A stretch of DNA of 64,000 nt from positions 46,502,001-46,566,000 of the forward strand of contig NW_024704742.1 in NCBI RefSeq assembly GCF_018977255.1, in the 5' to 3' direction. The notes under the pieces are model-generated. The model was not told the DNA's origin. It made no database searches and was given only the letters and a program-made list of their open reading frames with translations. The position numbers were made by a program, and so were the translations under genes. Origin of the DNA: Callorhinchus milii. Lineage: Eukaryota. Below are positions 1 to 12,915 of this stretch, piece by piece (positions within the stretch are counted from its first letter, which is position 1; each line of letters starts with the position of its first letter).

Positions 1-719
1 CTGTTATTGACACTGGTTGCATATAACCATGAGATCCATGGTTGTAAATTCTAGTGAAGCTTGAAGAGGGAAAAAAGCAACATAACCAAAAAACAATCTA
101 CATTCGGGTGGTTTAATGACTTTTTTTCCGCTCAAAGACTATTACACTTTCAAAAAATGAATGAAAATTACTTACAGGAATAACTGAAGCAAAACCAAAG
201 CCTAGGAAAATAAATTAAATAGATTATTCCATTATCATTAAATTATATTATGTAAATTACTCTATAACATGTTTGCCTTTTTATATATTGGTTAAGACTT
301 ATCTGGCATTATTTGTAGCAGAAGTCAAGAGAATTATTTTTTTTCTCGAACCTGGGAATGGAAACATAGTTTTCAAATGTTCTTCCTCCCCAAGTTTCTT
401 TTGAAGGTGGTGGTTTACACTGTGTTATTGCTCTTTGAGTATCTGTCATCCTTTAGTTCTTTACCCAATTGAGAGAGGAATCACAACTGAGTCCAATCTT
501 CCCGTCAACCAAGCTAAATACTGTGCCAGCTGAGATCAACAAAATGACAAGGCCCATGTTTCAAGCCAGGGTCTTTGCAATTATATTGAAGTGATATTTT
601 TGTAGAACTAAAGAATCTGTTAGAAATTGACACATTTTCGACACCAAGAATGATTTCCACTGGTGTGGCATTTAACAATAAGATTAATTGAGGCCAAATT
701 TCCCTGTTAGCATCCTCTG

Positions 720-1130
720 AAACAACAATTTGCATTTATAAAGCACGCTTCACACGGGGTAGAATTTTGGAACACTTAACAGTCTCAGAATTTTACGCCA
801 AGCTGGGGGTAAAGGAGAAGTCAATGGTAAATACGGTCAATGAGGAAAGACTTCAGGTGCAATCTAAAGACAGGTAATGAGGGGACAAGATGAAGGATTG
901 AGGCAGGGGAAGTTCCAAGGCTTTGTAGTAATTGAAAGTGCGGCTGCCAGTGGTGGAGCGGAGGGGACGAGAGTTGTGCAGAAGGATGGGTGGATGAGTG
1001 AAGGGGGCAGATAGAGGAGTGGAATATAAGTAGGTTGGACAGGTGTAAGGGTATGAAGTGATTTTCCCACAAATATGAGGATCTTGAAATCCATCCCTTC
1101 AATCTGTTTCTGATCCAAAACATTCCTGCT
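720..1130 (-). mobile_element. Old L2 LINE 3' fragment
   Basis: Reverse (caa)n tail plus tgcatttataaagcacgcttcac. The minus-strand translation has decayed L2 C-terminal residues (QIEGMDFKILIFVGKSLH). Confidence 0.6.
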
Positions 1131-1149
1131 CTCCCCAAGAATAACTGCT

Positions 1150-1330
1150 GGTGCTGCGGTCGAGGTATAATCCATATTGGTTTACAAGAGGGAATTAAAC
1201 AGATATCTAAAAAGGAATCCTTTGCAGAAGAATGGGGAAAAGAAAGGCAAATAGGAGTGAATGGATTGCTCTTTCAAAGAGTCAGTGCAGGTACAATGGG
1301 CTTAATGGCCTTCTTCTGTGCTGTAGATAT
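1150..1330 (+). mobile_element. Old CR1 3' end
   Basis: gattgctctttcaaagagtcagtgcaggtacaatgggcttaatggccttcttctgtgctgta resembles a CR1 3'UTR. Confidence 0.55.
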
Positions 1331-2734
1331 CAATGATTCTGCAAGTACCTATAATCTCTCTGACTTGCTAGTAAAAATGTACTTGACAGCCAGTGTCACA
1401 GACGTGTCTTTATTTTCCCTGGTAGCCATGCTTCCAAAAGTACACAATTGTTGCACTTTACAATATATCCTGCAAAGCGCTTTGAGACATTTAACAGAAA
1501 TGCATATGTTCGCTGGGCAACTAGTATAAAGTCTCATCCATCATCCTAAGTGGCTAGGGATGCTCCTTGCTTTAAATTTGGCAAGACCTAAGAAATATTT
1601 TTCTTATATATATATACCAGACTGACAAAAGGAAATGGCTATTTCCCAGCATGGCTTATTACACCCATTTTTATCCTTAGTCATACTTGTTTGCTGAATG
1701 TTTACTACAACACTTTGGGCAATGTAAATTGCTAGAATCGCGCAAGTCAATATTAGCTGGTATAAGCTTTGTTTGTTGAAAACATACAGTAGGCCTGACT
1801 GAAAATTGACACAAGCTCACATTCTCTCGAAGGTCTGGTTCATTCTTATCTGATACACAGTACAATTATATGCATGGATGGTTGCAAGTTTACCTCTGGC
1901 AAAAGCTGAGTTAAGTCTTTTATATGAATAGTCCATCAACAGTCTGACTCAGCTCGTTGCCATGAAGGTCACAGATGTAAGGCTGGCTCACAATAACCTT
2001 TTGTTTAGTAACCCTTGAATGTGGTTTTATCCACACATGTCTACCAGAAACTTTGTGCTTCTTGCTGAGCACTGGCTGGCTATGGATCTGCATTGTAAGT
2101 AAATTGCACTGCTGCTAGTTACAAGTGTTTGGAAGGATACCAACATGAGTTCTTGCGTGAATTAACATGACTGTTTAAACCTGAGCACGGCAGGACCTAA
2201 CACTATATTAATAGGCAAAGAAACCCCACTCTTCCCTCAGTGCACTATGATTATGAGTTAGTTGTTAATCTAGGGACTCATGTGCAACATTGATGAAGCT
2301 GGCATTCTGCTCATATTAGCTTCACAAATCTCCAATCAGCTTCTGTCAAATCATCACACCACTGTGTTGTACAAAATAAATAATATATTTCTCTTTAAAG
2401 CAACTAAGAAAATGAATGCAGGAAAGACAGCATGTAATAAAGAATTTCACGACCTTGATAAAAGTCACTTGAAGCTGCGAGTAAAAAAGGAGAGAAATGA
2501 AGAAAGCGTCTGAAAGAATGTGCTCTCTGACATTTATTTCTTCATCTTTTGTGAATTGGAGAAAATGATTATTTGCTGTATTTCAAATATGAGCAGACAT
2601 GATGATCCAATAATGGATACTCAGGAATCCATCGGTTTCAAACAAAGCTGTCACTGAAATAAGTTATAGTTGTAAAATATTGTGATTTTATTTTATCCCA
2701 TAAAATAATAATAAAATAAAAATGATAAAATATC

Positions 2735-2843
2735 CCACCCCGATCCCCAGCTCGGGTCCGTAACTCTGTCTGTCCAGCGCCTTGGGACACCCTCCCAATG
2801 TGAAAGACGCTATACAAATGTAATTTTGTTGTTGTTGTTGTTG
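2735..2843 (+). mobile_element. L2 3' end
   Basis: cagcgccttgggacaccctcccaatgtgaaagacgctatacaaatgtaatt followed by a (ttg)n tail. Confidence 0.85.
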
Positions 2844-2860
2844 ATCTTTCGTAACCAAAC

Positions 2861-3078
2861 CAACAACAACAAAATTACATTTATAGAGCGCCTTTCACGT
2901 CGGGAGGACGTCCCAAAGCGCTGAACAGTCAGGTGTTGGGGCCCGAGAATGGGGGAGGAGTGGGGGAGGGGTGAGGGAAGGCAGAGAGGTGGGGGGGAGA
3001 CCAAAGGCAGAATCGAAGAGAAGGGTCTTGAGACCGGCCTTGAAGGAGACAAGGGAGGAAGCGAGGCGAAGGGACCAT
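2861..3078 (-). mobile_element. L2 3' end (young)
   Basis: Reverse (caa)n tail and 3' stem-loop. Encodes the L2 ORF2 C-terminus (SLVSFKAGLKTLLFDSAF). Confidence 0.9.
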
Positions 3079-4804
3079 GGGAATAATGATATTAAAATCC
3101 TTGCATTGATATTGCGCCTTATCATGTCATCAGGACACCTCAAAGCGCTTCACTTGATTTCAGTGTTAAGTGTAGTGACTATGTAGTTGTAGGCGAAAGC
3201 AGCAGCCAGGTTGTGCACAGCAATATTGCACAAACAGGTATGAAGTGAGTAAACAATTTTATTTGAGTGATTGTTAGCCAGGACACTGGAAGAAACTTCT
3301 ATATGATCACATGGAATCTATCATGAAATATTATATTATATTTTCCCTCCCATCAAGCTTCATTTTTAAAGGTCGACTTTGTACAATTCTGTCGTATCTG
3401 ACCATAAAAATATCAATGGTTGGTTATATGAAACATAAAGAAGTGATAGTTTAGTAAAATGTTTTAGGGTTGTTGATGACTGGGTATCAAGATATAATAA
3501 ATAACGATAATAATCCTTGCATTTGATACAGAGCCTTATCACATCATCAAAATGCTTCACCAAATTTACCTTTAAGTGTAGTGACTGTATTTGTAGGTGA
3601 ACACAGCAGACAATTTCATGAGCTGAAATTTAATTTAACACACATTTCATGCAACTTATCTAAATACACAACCGAAAGCAGCTCTATCATCTTTTGTCTC
3701 ATTATAGATGTGTTGAAATTGCACTCATTTCATATAACTCATAAACAATTTGCTAGGATTATTATCATTTACTCTTGACACATAGAATTGTATCCTGATG
3801 AGACATTGGCGAGAGGTTTCACATAATCCGACTTTTCACTCAACTATTCCAAGTATTCAATTTTCCCCATATATTCCACATATAGCTTGATCAGACTCTT
3901 TTTCCATGATAAACAACATTTTATTTCGAATCAAATTGTAAAGCATATACTTTTACAACAGAAGTAACAAATTACTTCAGTATAATTGATCCAGCTGCAT
4001 GATGCGAATAGGGGTCTAATAAGAAGTAATTGTTTATCACAAGGACAAAAGAAGTGTTTTTTTCAGCAACATCTCCTTTAACAATATTTTCTGGAACTCA
4101 ACTTGCTCTCCCCTAAAACTTTGTGGAGTGGATTCTCTTTCTCTGTCAGTCAGAACCAGAATTCAATTGGCTAGCCTTACCTTTAAAGTTAGAAAGTATC
4201 ACTAAAACCTTTATTCCTCAAGGAGTACAAACATTAAACTTTAAACTAAAATTGTAAACTTAATTTATAAAGAGTATGTGTTGAACCAGGGTTAATTCAA
4301 GATCAAAATTATTCCACAGTCTGAATTATCATAGGCTTCCGATCCTTGCATTTGAATCTATCTTTTAAAAGTACAATTTCATTGGTCTTTTTTGTGTTCA
4401 TTTTCTTGTGCACAAAGAAGAAACTGCACTGCATACAAAATACTCACATGTCTGACTGTTGCCTGGCATATCACTCTTCATATGCACTCTACCAACTTTC
4501 CAGCTTAGGTACTAATAGTGGCCGAATTTCCAATTATACTCGAGGTGCTGCAAATAGCATTTGCACAATTGTACACACGAGATAGTTTGGCCTAATGTGT
4601 TTTCACCTAAATGACTTGGAAGCTTGAATTGTTGAAGACATTTTAAAAATGTCTTCGTCCATGAACTCTAATGTGTTCTTACAAGGATTTTCTCTCAGGA
4701 ATAAAAATGGAATTGCCTTTTTTAATGCCAAAGTAACCTGAGGTATGGTTCTGTTATCTGTATATGATGCACTTTATTTCTTCATTAAATCAATGTAAAA
4801 TGTA

Positions 4805-5135
4805 TAATAATAATAATTCTTGAATTTGATATAGCGCGTTATCACTCTTCGAGACATCTAAAGTGCTTCACAGAATATACTGTAAAGTGAATTGACTGTA
4901 TATTTTGTGGGCAAAATGTAGCAGCTAGTTGTGCACAGCAGTGTCCCACAAACAGTCATGAATTGAAGTGACCAATATTTATTTTTTGAAGGAATTATTA
5001 TCCCTGGAAAAGCAATCTGCCAATCGACTAACCACCAGGTTCCTATTTATTGCTCAGTAAACAGAGGCGTGTGGAGTAAGAAAACTTGCCTAATGTTTCG
5101 TCCTACCGGGAATCGAACCCAGGTCTCGCTCACTG
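4805..5135 (-). mobile_element. tRNA-derived SINE, long form
   Basis: Reverse B box (gggaatcgaaccc), CORE-like segment, ~60-bp extra segment and L2-type tail with (tta)n. Confidence 0.85.
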
Positions 5136-5777
5136 TGATGCCAACTACAATGCAAAATGTAGTTGGCAGCATAGACCAATAGCCTTTTCTATCTATGGTA
5201 TTGGCAGAGTTGTTCAATAGAGATTGTGCCATACTTTCTACAAAAAGGTGACAGAAACTCTGTTCTGGATTCTATCCTTCGTAGATGTACCCAAGGGCTG
5301 TTATTTCTTTGTGGGCCTTCAATCTATGGATAGATATTGACTCCACTGGATGGAGACATATCTGAAGTGCTTTGTGGAGAATAAATTGTAACTATTTTAG
5401 AACATCTATTACTCCAGAGGTTAAAATGAATTGGAATTTACAATTCTTCCTTGCATTGGAGGTTTGTACATCCAGTCTGGTGTATATTCTAACAAATTAG
5501 ATTGTGTTGGAAAATGATACCAGATCTACTGATACAGCTTTAGAGATTTCCATTCAATTGGGAGATTTATGAGACAACATGATTAGGGTTTCAATTACCA
5601 CTAGAGGGGACAGATTCTGTCCAAACATTTGTGGAGCCAATGACAGAATTTGGAGATTTGGAGATTGTCCTAAAATCCAAACAAAATTGCACCCTTTATT
5701 TCTGGGTTAAAAATTCCACGTTATCACAGTAAAAATTTTAATTGGCTCTCATTAACGGATGATGTAAAGGCCTATGG

Positions 5778-5890
5778 TTATTATTAGGCGTGTGGAGTAA
5801 GGAAACGTGCCCAAGGTTTCGCCCTGCTGAGAATCAAACCCAGGTCTCTCACTTAAGTGGTGAGTGCTATAACCACTGAGCTACAGGACA
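5778..5890 (-). mobile_element. tRNA-derived SINE 5' fragment
   Basis: Reverse complement of the SINE head (aaccactgagctacaggac). Confidence 0.8.
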
Positions 5891-6194
5891 TTGTGAGTTC
5901 CCCAACTACCTTGAATAGCTGTCTCTTCGACCATATTCACGTCATCTCCCCCTTCTCCTCGATTTGGCGATAAACCCCACAATAAAATGTTAAGCACTTC
6001 AATATACCATGCCACGTGAAGAGTGGTATATAAATGTAAGTTGTTGTGAGTGGGCATGCTAGGCTTTGATTGAATGCACTAATTACCATTTGCTAGATAG
6101 TTCTACGGATGATGTGAATGCAACTGATCTGGCGTGAAAATAAAAACTAAATTACATTCATTCTTTCAATATTTGTCCATCAGAATTTCAACCA

Positions 6195-6700
6195 ATAGAC
6201 TGGAAACAAGCAATGTGGATGTTGTCTTCCAAAAGAGGCGAAAAAGCTTCACCTGTCAACTATAGACACATTGGTCTGATCTTAATAAATGGAAAACTCA
6301 TTAAAGCAAACTGTAAAATTATCCGTATGAAAATATCCCAATAAATGACAGTGTGACAGGAGGACAAACCCTGTCCCTGGCTTCTATGGTTATTGCTGAT
6401 CAATCAATGTTAAAGGGAGCTAACAAGGGCTGTTTGTAATAATTGGGCACCACCCCTTAGGGATAATTGAGCACCAGTATAAAGTTGGGAGCTTGGGCAT
6501 ATGAGAGGAAAGTCTGGAGAAGGTGGATGTACAGAGGTAAAGCTTCCTTGTTGAAATAAATCTTTGTGTGTTAAAAGTATTTGTTTTGGGGTGTGACCCA
6601 TGCTCTCCTACAGACAGCCATGGGAATGTGGAATCCTGGTGATTTTAATGCTTGAGTTCTTTAAGAAACTGCTTGATATTGGATTGGGAAGATGAAAGAG
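6195..6700 (+). mobile_element. Very old CR1 RT fragment interrupted by a solo LTR
   Basis: gactggaaacaagcaatgtg...aactatagacacattggtctg resembles the CR1 DWKxAN...NYRP motifs. The ataaatgacag|ccatggg junction is split by the LTR. Confidence 0.55.
6352..6612 (+). mobile_element. Solo LTR (261 bp) with 5-bp TSD GACAG
   Basis: Begins TGT and ends ACA. GACAG at 6347-6351 and 6613-6617. TATAAAG at 6478 and AATAAA at 6555. Confidence 0.75.
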
Positions 6701-7383
6701 TATATACTTTGCTAAGTAATAGATCAATACTCTGAAGAGCCTTTTCCTTCTTACCTCTGAGCAATATTTCACTAGGAATGAACTAGTTCAAAGGAGAGAC
6801 ATTTGGAAAGTCCAGGCAGTTCTGTGGTAATCCAAGCTGGTTGATATCAATGGTTGATTAGCATATCTGGCTTATCATTGAGAATTTTAGATAAATACAG
6901 GTCCTCAATGCTGTAAGTCAAAGATCTGATGGGTTACTGTAGTCTAAGCTGATCATGTATCAGGTTTTGAAGATACCATTTTTGATTTTCTGGTTAGGAT
7001 ACTGTTTATAAAGTTATCATGCCTTTGTGTGAAAAGATGAAAACCTTAAGAGTGTTCTATGAGCTAAAGATGAATTTGTGGTCAGAGATTGTCAGTTAGG
7101 TCTGATCATGTACAGCAAAGTAATAGGCAAATGTGTCCTCTAGATAACAATATGTAACTCCTAATAATGGAGTGGTATCTGGTTCTCAAAATTGGATACA
7201 TAAATAAAATGTTGCTCTAATACATATCTGAAATTTAGCTTTGTAAATGTAAGGCTTTGTCTTAAATGTATGTTTATTACATGATGCTTACTGACTGCAT
7301 CACTTATCAATATAAGTAGCTTTTGTGTTCAAATGAACTAACATGATAGTGTCATTCACTTCAATTATGTTACTTAAATAATG

Positions 7384-7507
7384 TAAGATTCTTGTCATTC
7401 AATTAACTCCTCAGTGGAAATTGTATATTACCAAATGCTCCGGGACGCTACCCCACGTGAAGGGTGCTATATAAATTGTCTTACTTCCCTAAATGTATTG
7501 ATGTGTT
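7384..7507 (+). repeat. Copy 1 of a ~125-bp tandem duplication (contains an L2 tail)
   Basis: Matches 7515-7536 joined to 9937-10049. Confidence 0.8.
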
Positions 7508-7536
7508 GTGTGACTAAGATTCATGTCATTCAATGA

Positions 7537-9940
7537 TATATAGATTAGGAAAATCAAATTGGCAACGGTAAGTTAGAGAAGAGTTTATAGAATGCATTAG
7601 AGATAGTTTTCTAGATCAGTACGCTGAGAAACCAACCAGGGAACAGGTGATCCTAGATCTTGTTTTATGTAATGAAATTGGGCTAATCAGCAATCTGAAA
7701 ATTAAGGATCCTCTCGGGCAGAGTGACCATAACATGATGGAATTTAGTGTTAAGTTAGAGAGTGATGTAGTTAAGTCCAAAGCAAGGCTCTTAAATTTAA
7801 ATAGAGCCGATGTTGCAGATATGAGAAAGGATTTAGCTAAAATAGATTGGGGAAATTAGATTAAAGGATATGACAGTAGACCAGCAATGGTAAACCTTTA
7901 AAGATGTAGTACATAATTCCCAGTGATCACATATTCCTTTGAGGAATAAAAATACCACAGGTAAAGTGGTTCAACCATGGCTAACTGGAGCAGTTAGGGA
8001 AAGTATAAAATTAAAAGAAGAGACCTATAATAATGCCAAAAAGAGCAGTAAACCCAAGAATTGGGAGGGCTTCAGAGACCAACAACAAAAGACTAAGAAA
8101 CTGATTAGGAGAGAGAAAATGAATTATGAGGGTAAACTATCTAGGAACATAAAGACAGACTGCAAGAATGTTTATAAATGCATCCAGAGGAAGAGACTAG
8201 CAAAAGTGAATGTGGGTCCATTTAGAGGCAGAGAACAGGAAGAATTATAATGGAGGATAAAGATATGGCAGAATCATTAAACAATCATACTTTGCTTCTG
8301 TCTTCACATTAGAAGACATAGAAAATATACCAAAAATAGGGAGCAGCCAAGATGCTAATGTTAGCGAGCAACTTAGGGAAATTAACATCAGTAAAGAATT
8401 AGTACTTGGGAAACTGTTGGGATTGAAAAATTCCCTGGACCTGATGGCCTGCATCTTAGGGTTTCAAAAGAGTTGCTTGCTGAAATAGTGGATGACTTGT
8501 TCTTGATCTTCCAAAATTCTCTGGTTTCTGGAATGGTTCACATTGATTGGAAGATCGCAAACATAGCACCACTATAGACCAGTCAGTCTGACATCGGTGG
8601 CAGGGAAGATTATAGAATCCTTAGTTAGGGACATCATAGTGGGATACTTAGAGGACTGTAATATGGTTAGGCCGAGTCAACATGGCTTTGCAAAAAGGAA
8701 GTCATGCTTAACAAATCTTCTAGAGTTTTTTGAGGGTGTAACTGGAAGGTTAAATAGGGAGGAAACCAGTAGATGTAGTATATTTAGATTTTCAGAAGGC
8801 GTTTGACAAAGTGCCACATAAAAGGCTGCTACACAAGATTAGGGCTCATGGGATTAAAGGCAATATATTAGCATAGATTGAAGAGTGGCTAACGGGAAGA
8901 AAACAGAGTAGGGATAAATGGGACCTTCTCAGATTGGCAGGATGTGACTAGCGGAGTGCCACAAGGATCAGTGCTTTGGCCTCAACTATTTACAATCTAA
9001 ATCAATGATCTACACAAGGACATAGAATTTAAAATATCTAAATTTGCAGATGATACTAAGCTAGGTGGGAGAGTAAGCTCTGAGGATGACACCAAAAGAT
9101 TGCAAAGGGATATAGATAGGCTAGGTGAGTGGGCAAGAAGGTGGCAGATGAAATGTAATGTGAGGAAGTGTGAAGTTTTTCACCTAGGTAGTAAAAACAG
9201 ATTATTTTCTAGAAGGGGAGAGACTAGATAGGGTTAGTGTTCAAAGGGATTTGGGTGTCCTGTATACCAGTCACAGAAAGTTAGCATGCAGATACGGAAA
9301 CCAACTAGGAAGGCTAATGTCATGTTGGTGTTTATTGCAAATGGGTTAGAATACAAGAGTAGGGAAGTCTTGCTGCAACTGTATAAGGCCTTGGTGAGAC
9401 CGCACCTGGAATATTGTGTGCAGTTTTGGTCTCCTTATTTAAGAAAGGACATACTTGCCTTAGAGGGAGTGCAGCGTAGATTCACTAGGTTAGTTCCTGG
9501 GATGAAGGGGTTGACCTATGACCATAGGTTAAATAAACTAGGCCTATATTCTCTAGAATATAGAAGAATTAGGGGTGATCTTATAGAAGCATATAAGATT
9601 CTTATGGGGCTTAACAGAATAGACGGTGTGAGACTGTTTCCCTTGATAGGAGAATCTAGACCTAGGGGTCACAGTTTTAAGATTAAGGGACAGCCCTTTC
9701 AAACAGAGTTGAGGAAACACTTCTTCACTCTTATGGAATTCTCTACCCCAAAGAGCTGTAGATGTTCAGTTCTTGAACATATTCAAGACTGGGATTGAGA
9801 GATTTCTTGTGGAGTAAGGGGTATGGGGATAAGGCGGGTAGGTGGAATTAGAATAGATCAGCCATGATCTTTTTGAATGGTGAGGCAGGCTCGAGGGGCT
9901 GAATGGCCTACTCCTGCTCCTAATTCCTATGTTCCTATGA
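7537..9940 (+). mobile_element. CR1 LINE, 5'-truncated, decayed ORF2 (end of endonuclease plus RT) and 3' tail
   Basis: Motifs LDLVLCNE, SDHN, SQHGF..KSCLTNLLEFFE, FADDTKL and LVRPHLEYCVQFWSPY. The 3' end reads gaatggcctactcctgctcctaattcctatgttcctatg. Several stops and frameshifts. Confidence 0.95.
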
Positions 9941-10164
9941 ACTCTTCAGTAGAAATTGTATATTACCAAATGCTCTGAGACGCTACCCCACGTGAAGGGT
10001 GCTATATAAATGCAAGTTATATTTGCTTCCCTAAATGTATTGATGTGTTTGGCTTATTAACTAGGACACAGTTAAATAATGGTAATGTTTTCATTGCCAT
10101 TAACTGAAGAGCTTTGATTTTGCTAGATTCTAATATTGGTGGATTGATACTAATAAACAAGCAG

Positions 10165-11817
10165 ACTGAGAAGAAAACAGTGGAAAGGGCATGGAGGGGG
10201 AAGAATTCCTCAAATGTGTACAGGAGAACTTTCTCGTTCAGTATATTTCCTGCAAAACGAGGAAGGAAGCAGTGCTAGATCTAGTTTCAGTGGGAGAGCA
10301 TCTGCATAACTGATCATAATATCATTAGGTTTAGAGTAGTTATGGAAAGGAAGAAGGAACAATCAAAGGTGAAGACACCCAACTGGAAGAGGCAAGTTTC
10401 AATGAGTTGAAAAGAGATCTGGCCCAGGTAGATTGGAAACAAAGCCTGACAGTTAAAATGGTAAATGAGCAATTGGAGCCTTCAAGGAAGAGATAGAGTA
10501 CAGACCAAACACATTCCCATGAAGTGGTTAAAAAGTAGGACATCAAAGCTAGAGCTCCCTGGATGACTAAGGAAAGTAGACTTGATAAATGTTAGGTTTA
10601 AAATACATTAGAGAATCAAGTGTAATACAGAAAGCACATAGGAGAACTGGAAACAGAAATTAGAGGGGTAAAGAGAGTGTATGAGAAAAGATTAGTGGGT
10701 AACATAAAAGGGAACACTAAAGTCTTTTACAAACACACAAGTAAAAGGATGGGGCCGATTATGCATCAAAAGAGTAAACTTCTAGTGGAGGCAGAGGGCA
10801 TAGCTGAGGTACTTTACTTCTGTCTTCATAAAAGAGGATGCTACCAGTCACAATACAGGAGGAGGGATAGAGAAATTCAATAAGATATTAAAAATAAATA
10901 GAGAGGAGTTATCAAAAGGTTAGCCATGCTCAAAATAGAAAAGCCACCAGGTCCGGATGGGATGCATCATAGATTGCTGAGGCAAATTCAGGTGGAAACA
11001 GCACAGGCTCTGGCCCCAATCTTTAAATTCTTGGATATGGAAGTAGTGCCTGAGGACAACCCTGTTCAAAAGAAGGCGTTTGATCAGGTGCCACATAATA
11101 GACTAATAAGCAAAATTGAAGCTCATGGATGAAAGGTACAGTGGCAGCATAGCTACAAAATTGGCCAGTAAACCGAAAGCGGAGGGTAGTGGTGAATGGT
11201 TGCTTTTCAGACTGGAGGGATGAATATTCAGTGGTGTACCCCAGGGGTTGGTATTAGGTCCACTGCTCTTTTTGATATATGTGAATGACTTGAACATGGA
11301 AAACGGTGAGAAGGGTGGTAGCAGACTGCGTGAGGACATGGGCAGATGAATGGCAGATGAAGTTTAATGCAGGGAAGTATGAGGTGATGCATATTGGGAG
11401 GAACAATGAGGAGAAGTAATATACAAAAAAAGTACAGTTTTAAAGGAGGAACAGCAGCAGAGAGACCTGGGGGTTCATATACACAGATCTTTGAACATGG
11501 CAGGATAGGTTGATAGAGCTGGGGGGTTTAAAAACAAAAAGCATATAGAATCCTTAGCTTTATAAATAGAGGCATAGAAAACAAAAGCAAGGATGTTCTA
11601 CTAAACCCTTAAGTCATTTGTTAGGCCTCAGCTGGAGTATTGTGTCCCATCTGGATACAACACTTTAGGAAGGATATCAAGGACTTGGAGCAGGGCGCAG
11701 AGGAGATGTACTAGAATGACACTAGGGATGAAGGACTTTAGTTAGGTGAAGAGACTTAAGAAGCTGGGATTGTACTCCTTAGAGCAGAAAAGATTAAGGG
11801 GAAATTTAGCAGAGGTA
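10165..11817 (+). mobile_element. CR1 LINE, older, with multiple internal deletions
   Basis: YEKRLVGNIKGNTKVFY, KPPGPDGMH, KAFDQVPH and gtaccccaggggttggtattaggtcc (PQG..LGP). Confidence 0.9.
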
Positions 11818-11863
11818 GGGGGTGGGCATGGCTGTCCACCCTGCTGCACAGGACACGGGGCTC

Positions 11864-12365
11864 TGGCCACACGAGGATACTAAATAAATGCAAGTTGATA
11901 TAATCAACAGCTGGAAAGGATTGCAAAGAATGGTGTTTGAGACCGGGACTTTGGACTCGTGCTATGATGGTCAGATGGTTGGATGGTATTCTGAAAGGAT
12001 GAGATCAAATGTGCCAGACACCTTCTTCACATGAACTTATGCTTTTATGAATCCTTCAGTTTGGTTGGTTTCTTTGCCTGAATTCTGTTCATAGCCAGAG
12101 GATCATGCTCCTCTTTTAAAGGAGCTAATTGTCACAGTATTGACTAACTTAGTTGGGTATAATCTACATAACCACAGCTCTGGGGGAAGCAGAAGCCTCT
12201 AATCTCTAGTCTTACCTGAAGTTTGTTCATTTTATTACTAATGTCTTAGTTGTGTGCTCAGAGTCCAAATGTAATAGCTTGCATTTCTATTATCCATTCC
12301 TCTCAGTCATACTGTGTCCTAAAGGCCAGATCATATCTGATTTGTTTTACACCCACCAGCAAGCT
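11864..12365 (-). repeat. Arm 1 of an inverted duplication of a composite repeat block
   Basis: Reverse complement aligns colinearly with 17908-18428. Confidence 0.85.
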
Positions 12366-12596
12366 CACATTCATTGGATAATGAGTAAAACCAATAGACT
12401 AATAGACAGAATAGAAATCTAAGGAATTTGTTGGATCAAGTGAACTCTCCTTCCTTCCCAGGATAAAACAATCACTTTCTAAGCACTAGTTCCAGAAGCC
12501 TATAAAATATTTAGTATGACAACAATGATGTCAATGCACAAAAGTTAAGCATGTGCCATTCCAAATACATGGGGGTGAAAAATGCAGTAGGTGACA

Positions 12597-12915
12597 TAAT
12601 AATAATCCTTTCATTTATAGAATGCCTTATCACGTGTTTGAGACGCCTCAAAGCACGTCACAGCATAATTTGCAGGTGAAACACAGCAGCCAATTGCACA
12701 AAGCAGTGTCCCACAAACAGTTATGGATTGAGTGACCAAATTATTATTACTTTGGAAGGGGTTTTTACCCTCAGGGAAAGCGATCTGCAAATTGACGAAC
12801 AAGTGAGTTCCTACTTACTGCTAGGTAAACAGAGGCGTGTATGGAATAAGGAAACTTGCTGAAGGTTTTGCCCTGACCCGCACAAGAATCAAATCGAACC
12901 TGGGTCCTCTTGCTT
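12597..12915 (-). mobile_element. tRNA-derived SINE, long form
   Basis: Reverse tail, Deu-like 3' body, ttcctacttactgctaggtaaacagaggc segment and B-box remnant. Confidence 0.8.

Noticed and set aside
2009..2094. Possible 86-nt plus-strand exon ending in GTAAGT
   Set aside because: Weak acceptor, unrecognised peptide and no supporting neighbours
4634..4656. 23-bp palindrome gaagacatttt-a-aaaatgtcttc
   Set aside because: Isolated and AT-rich, with no associated structure
12215..12320. Apparent minus-strand exon (tttAG...cag|GTAAGA)
   Set aside because: Lies in a decayed CR1 piece, and the paralogous arm at ~18055 has GCAAGA instead of GT
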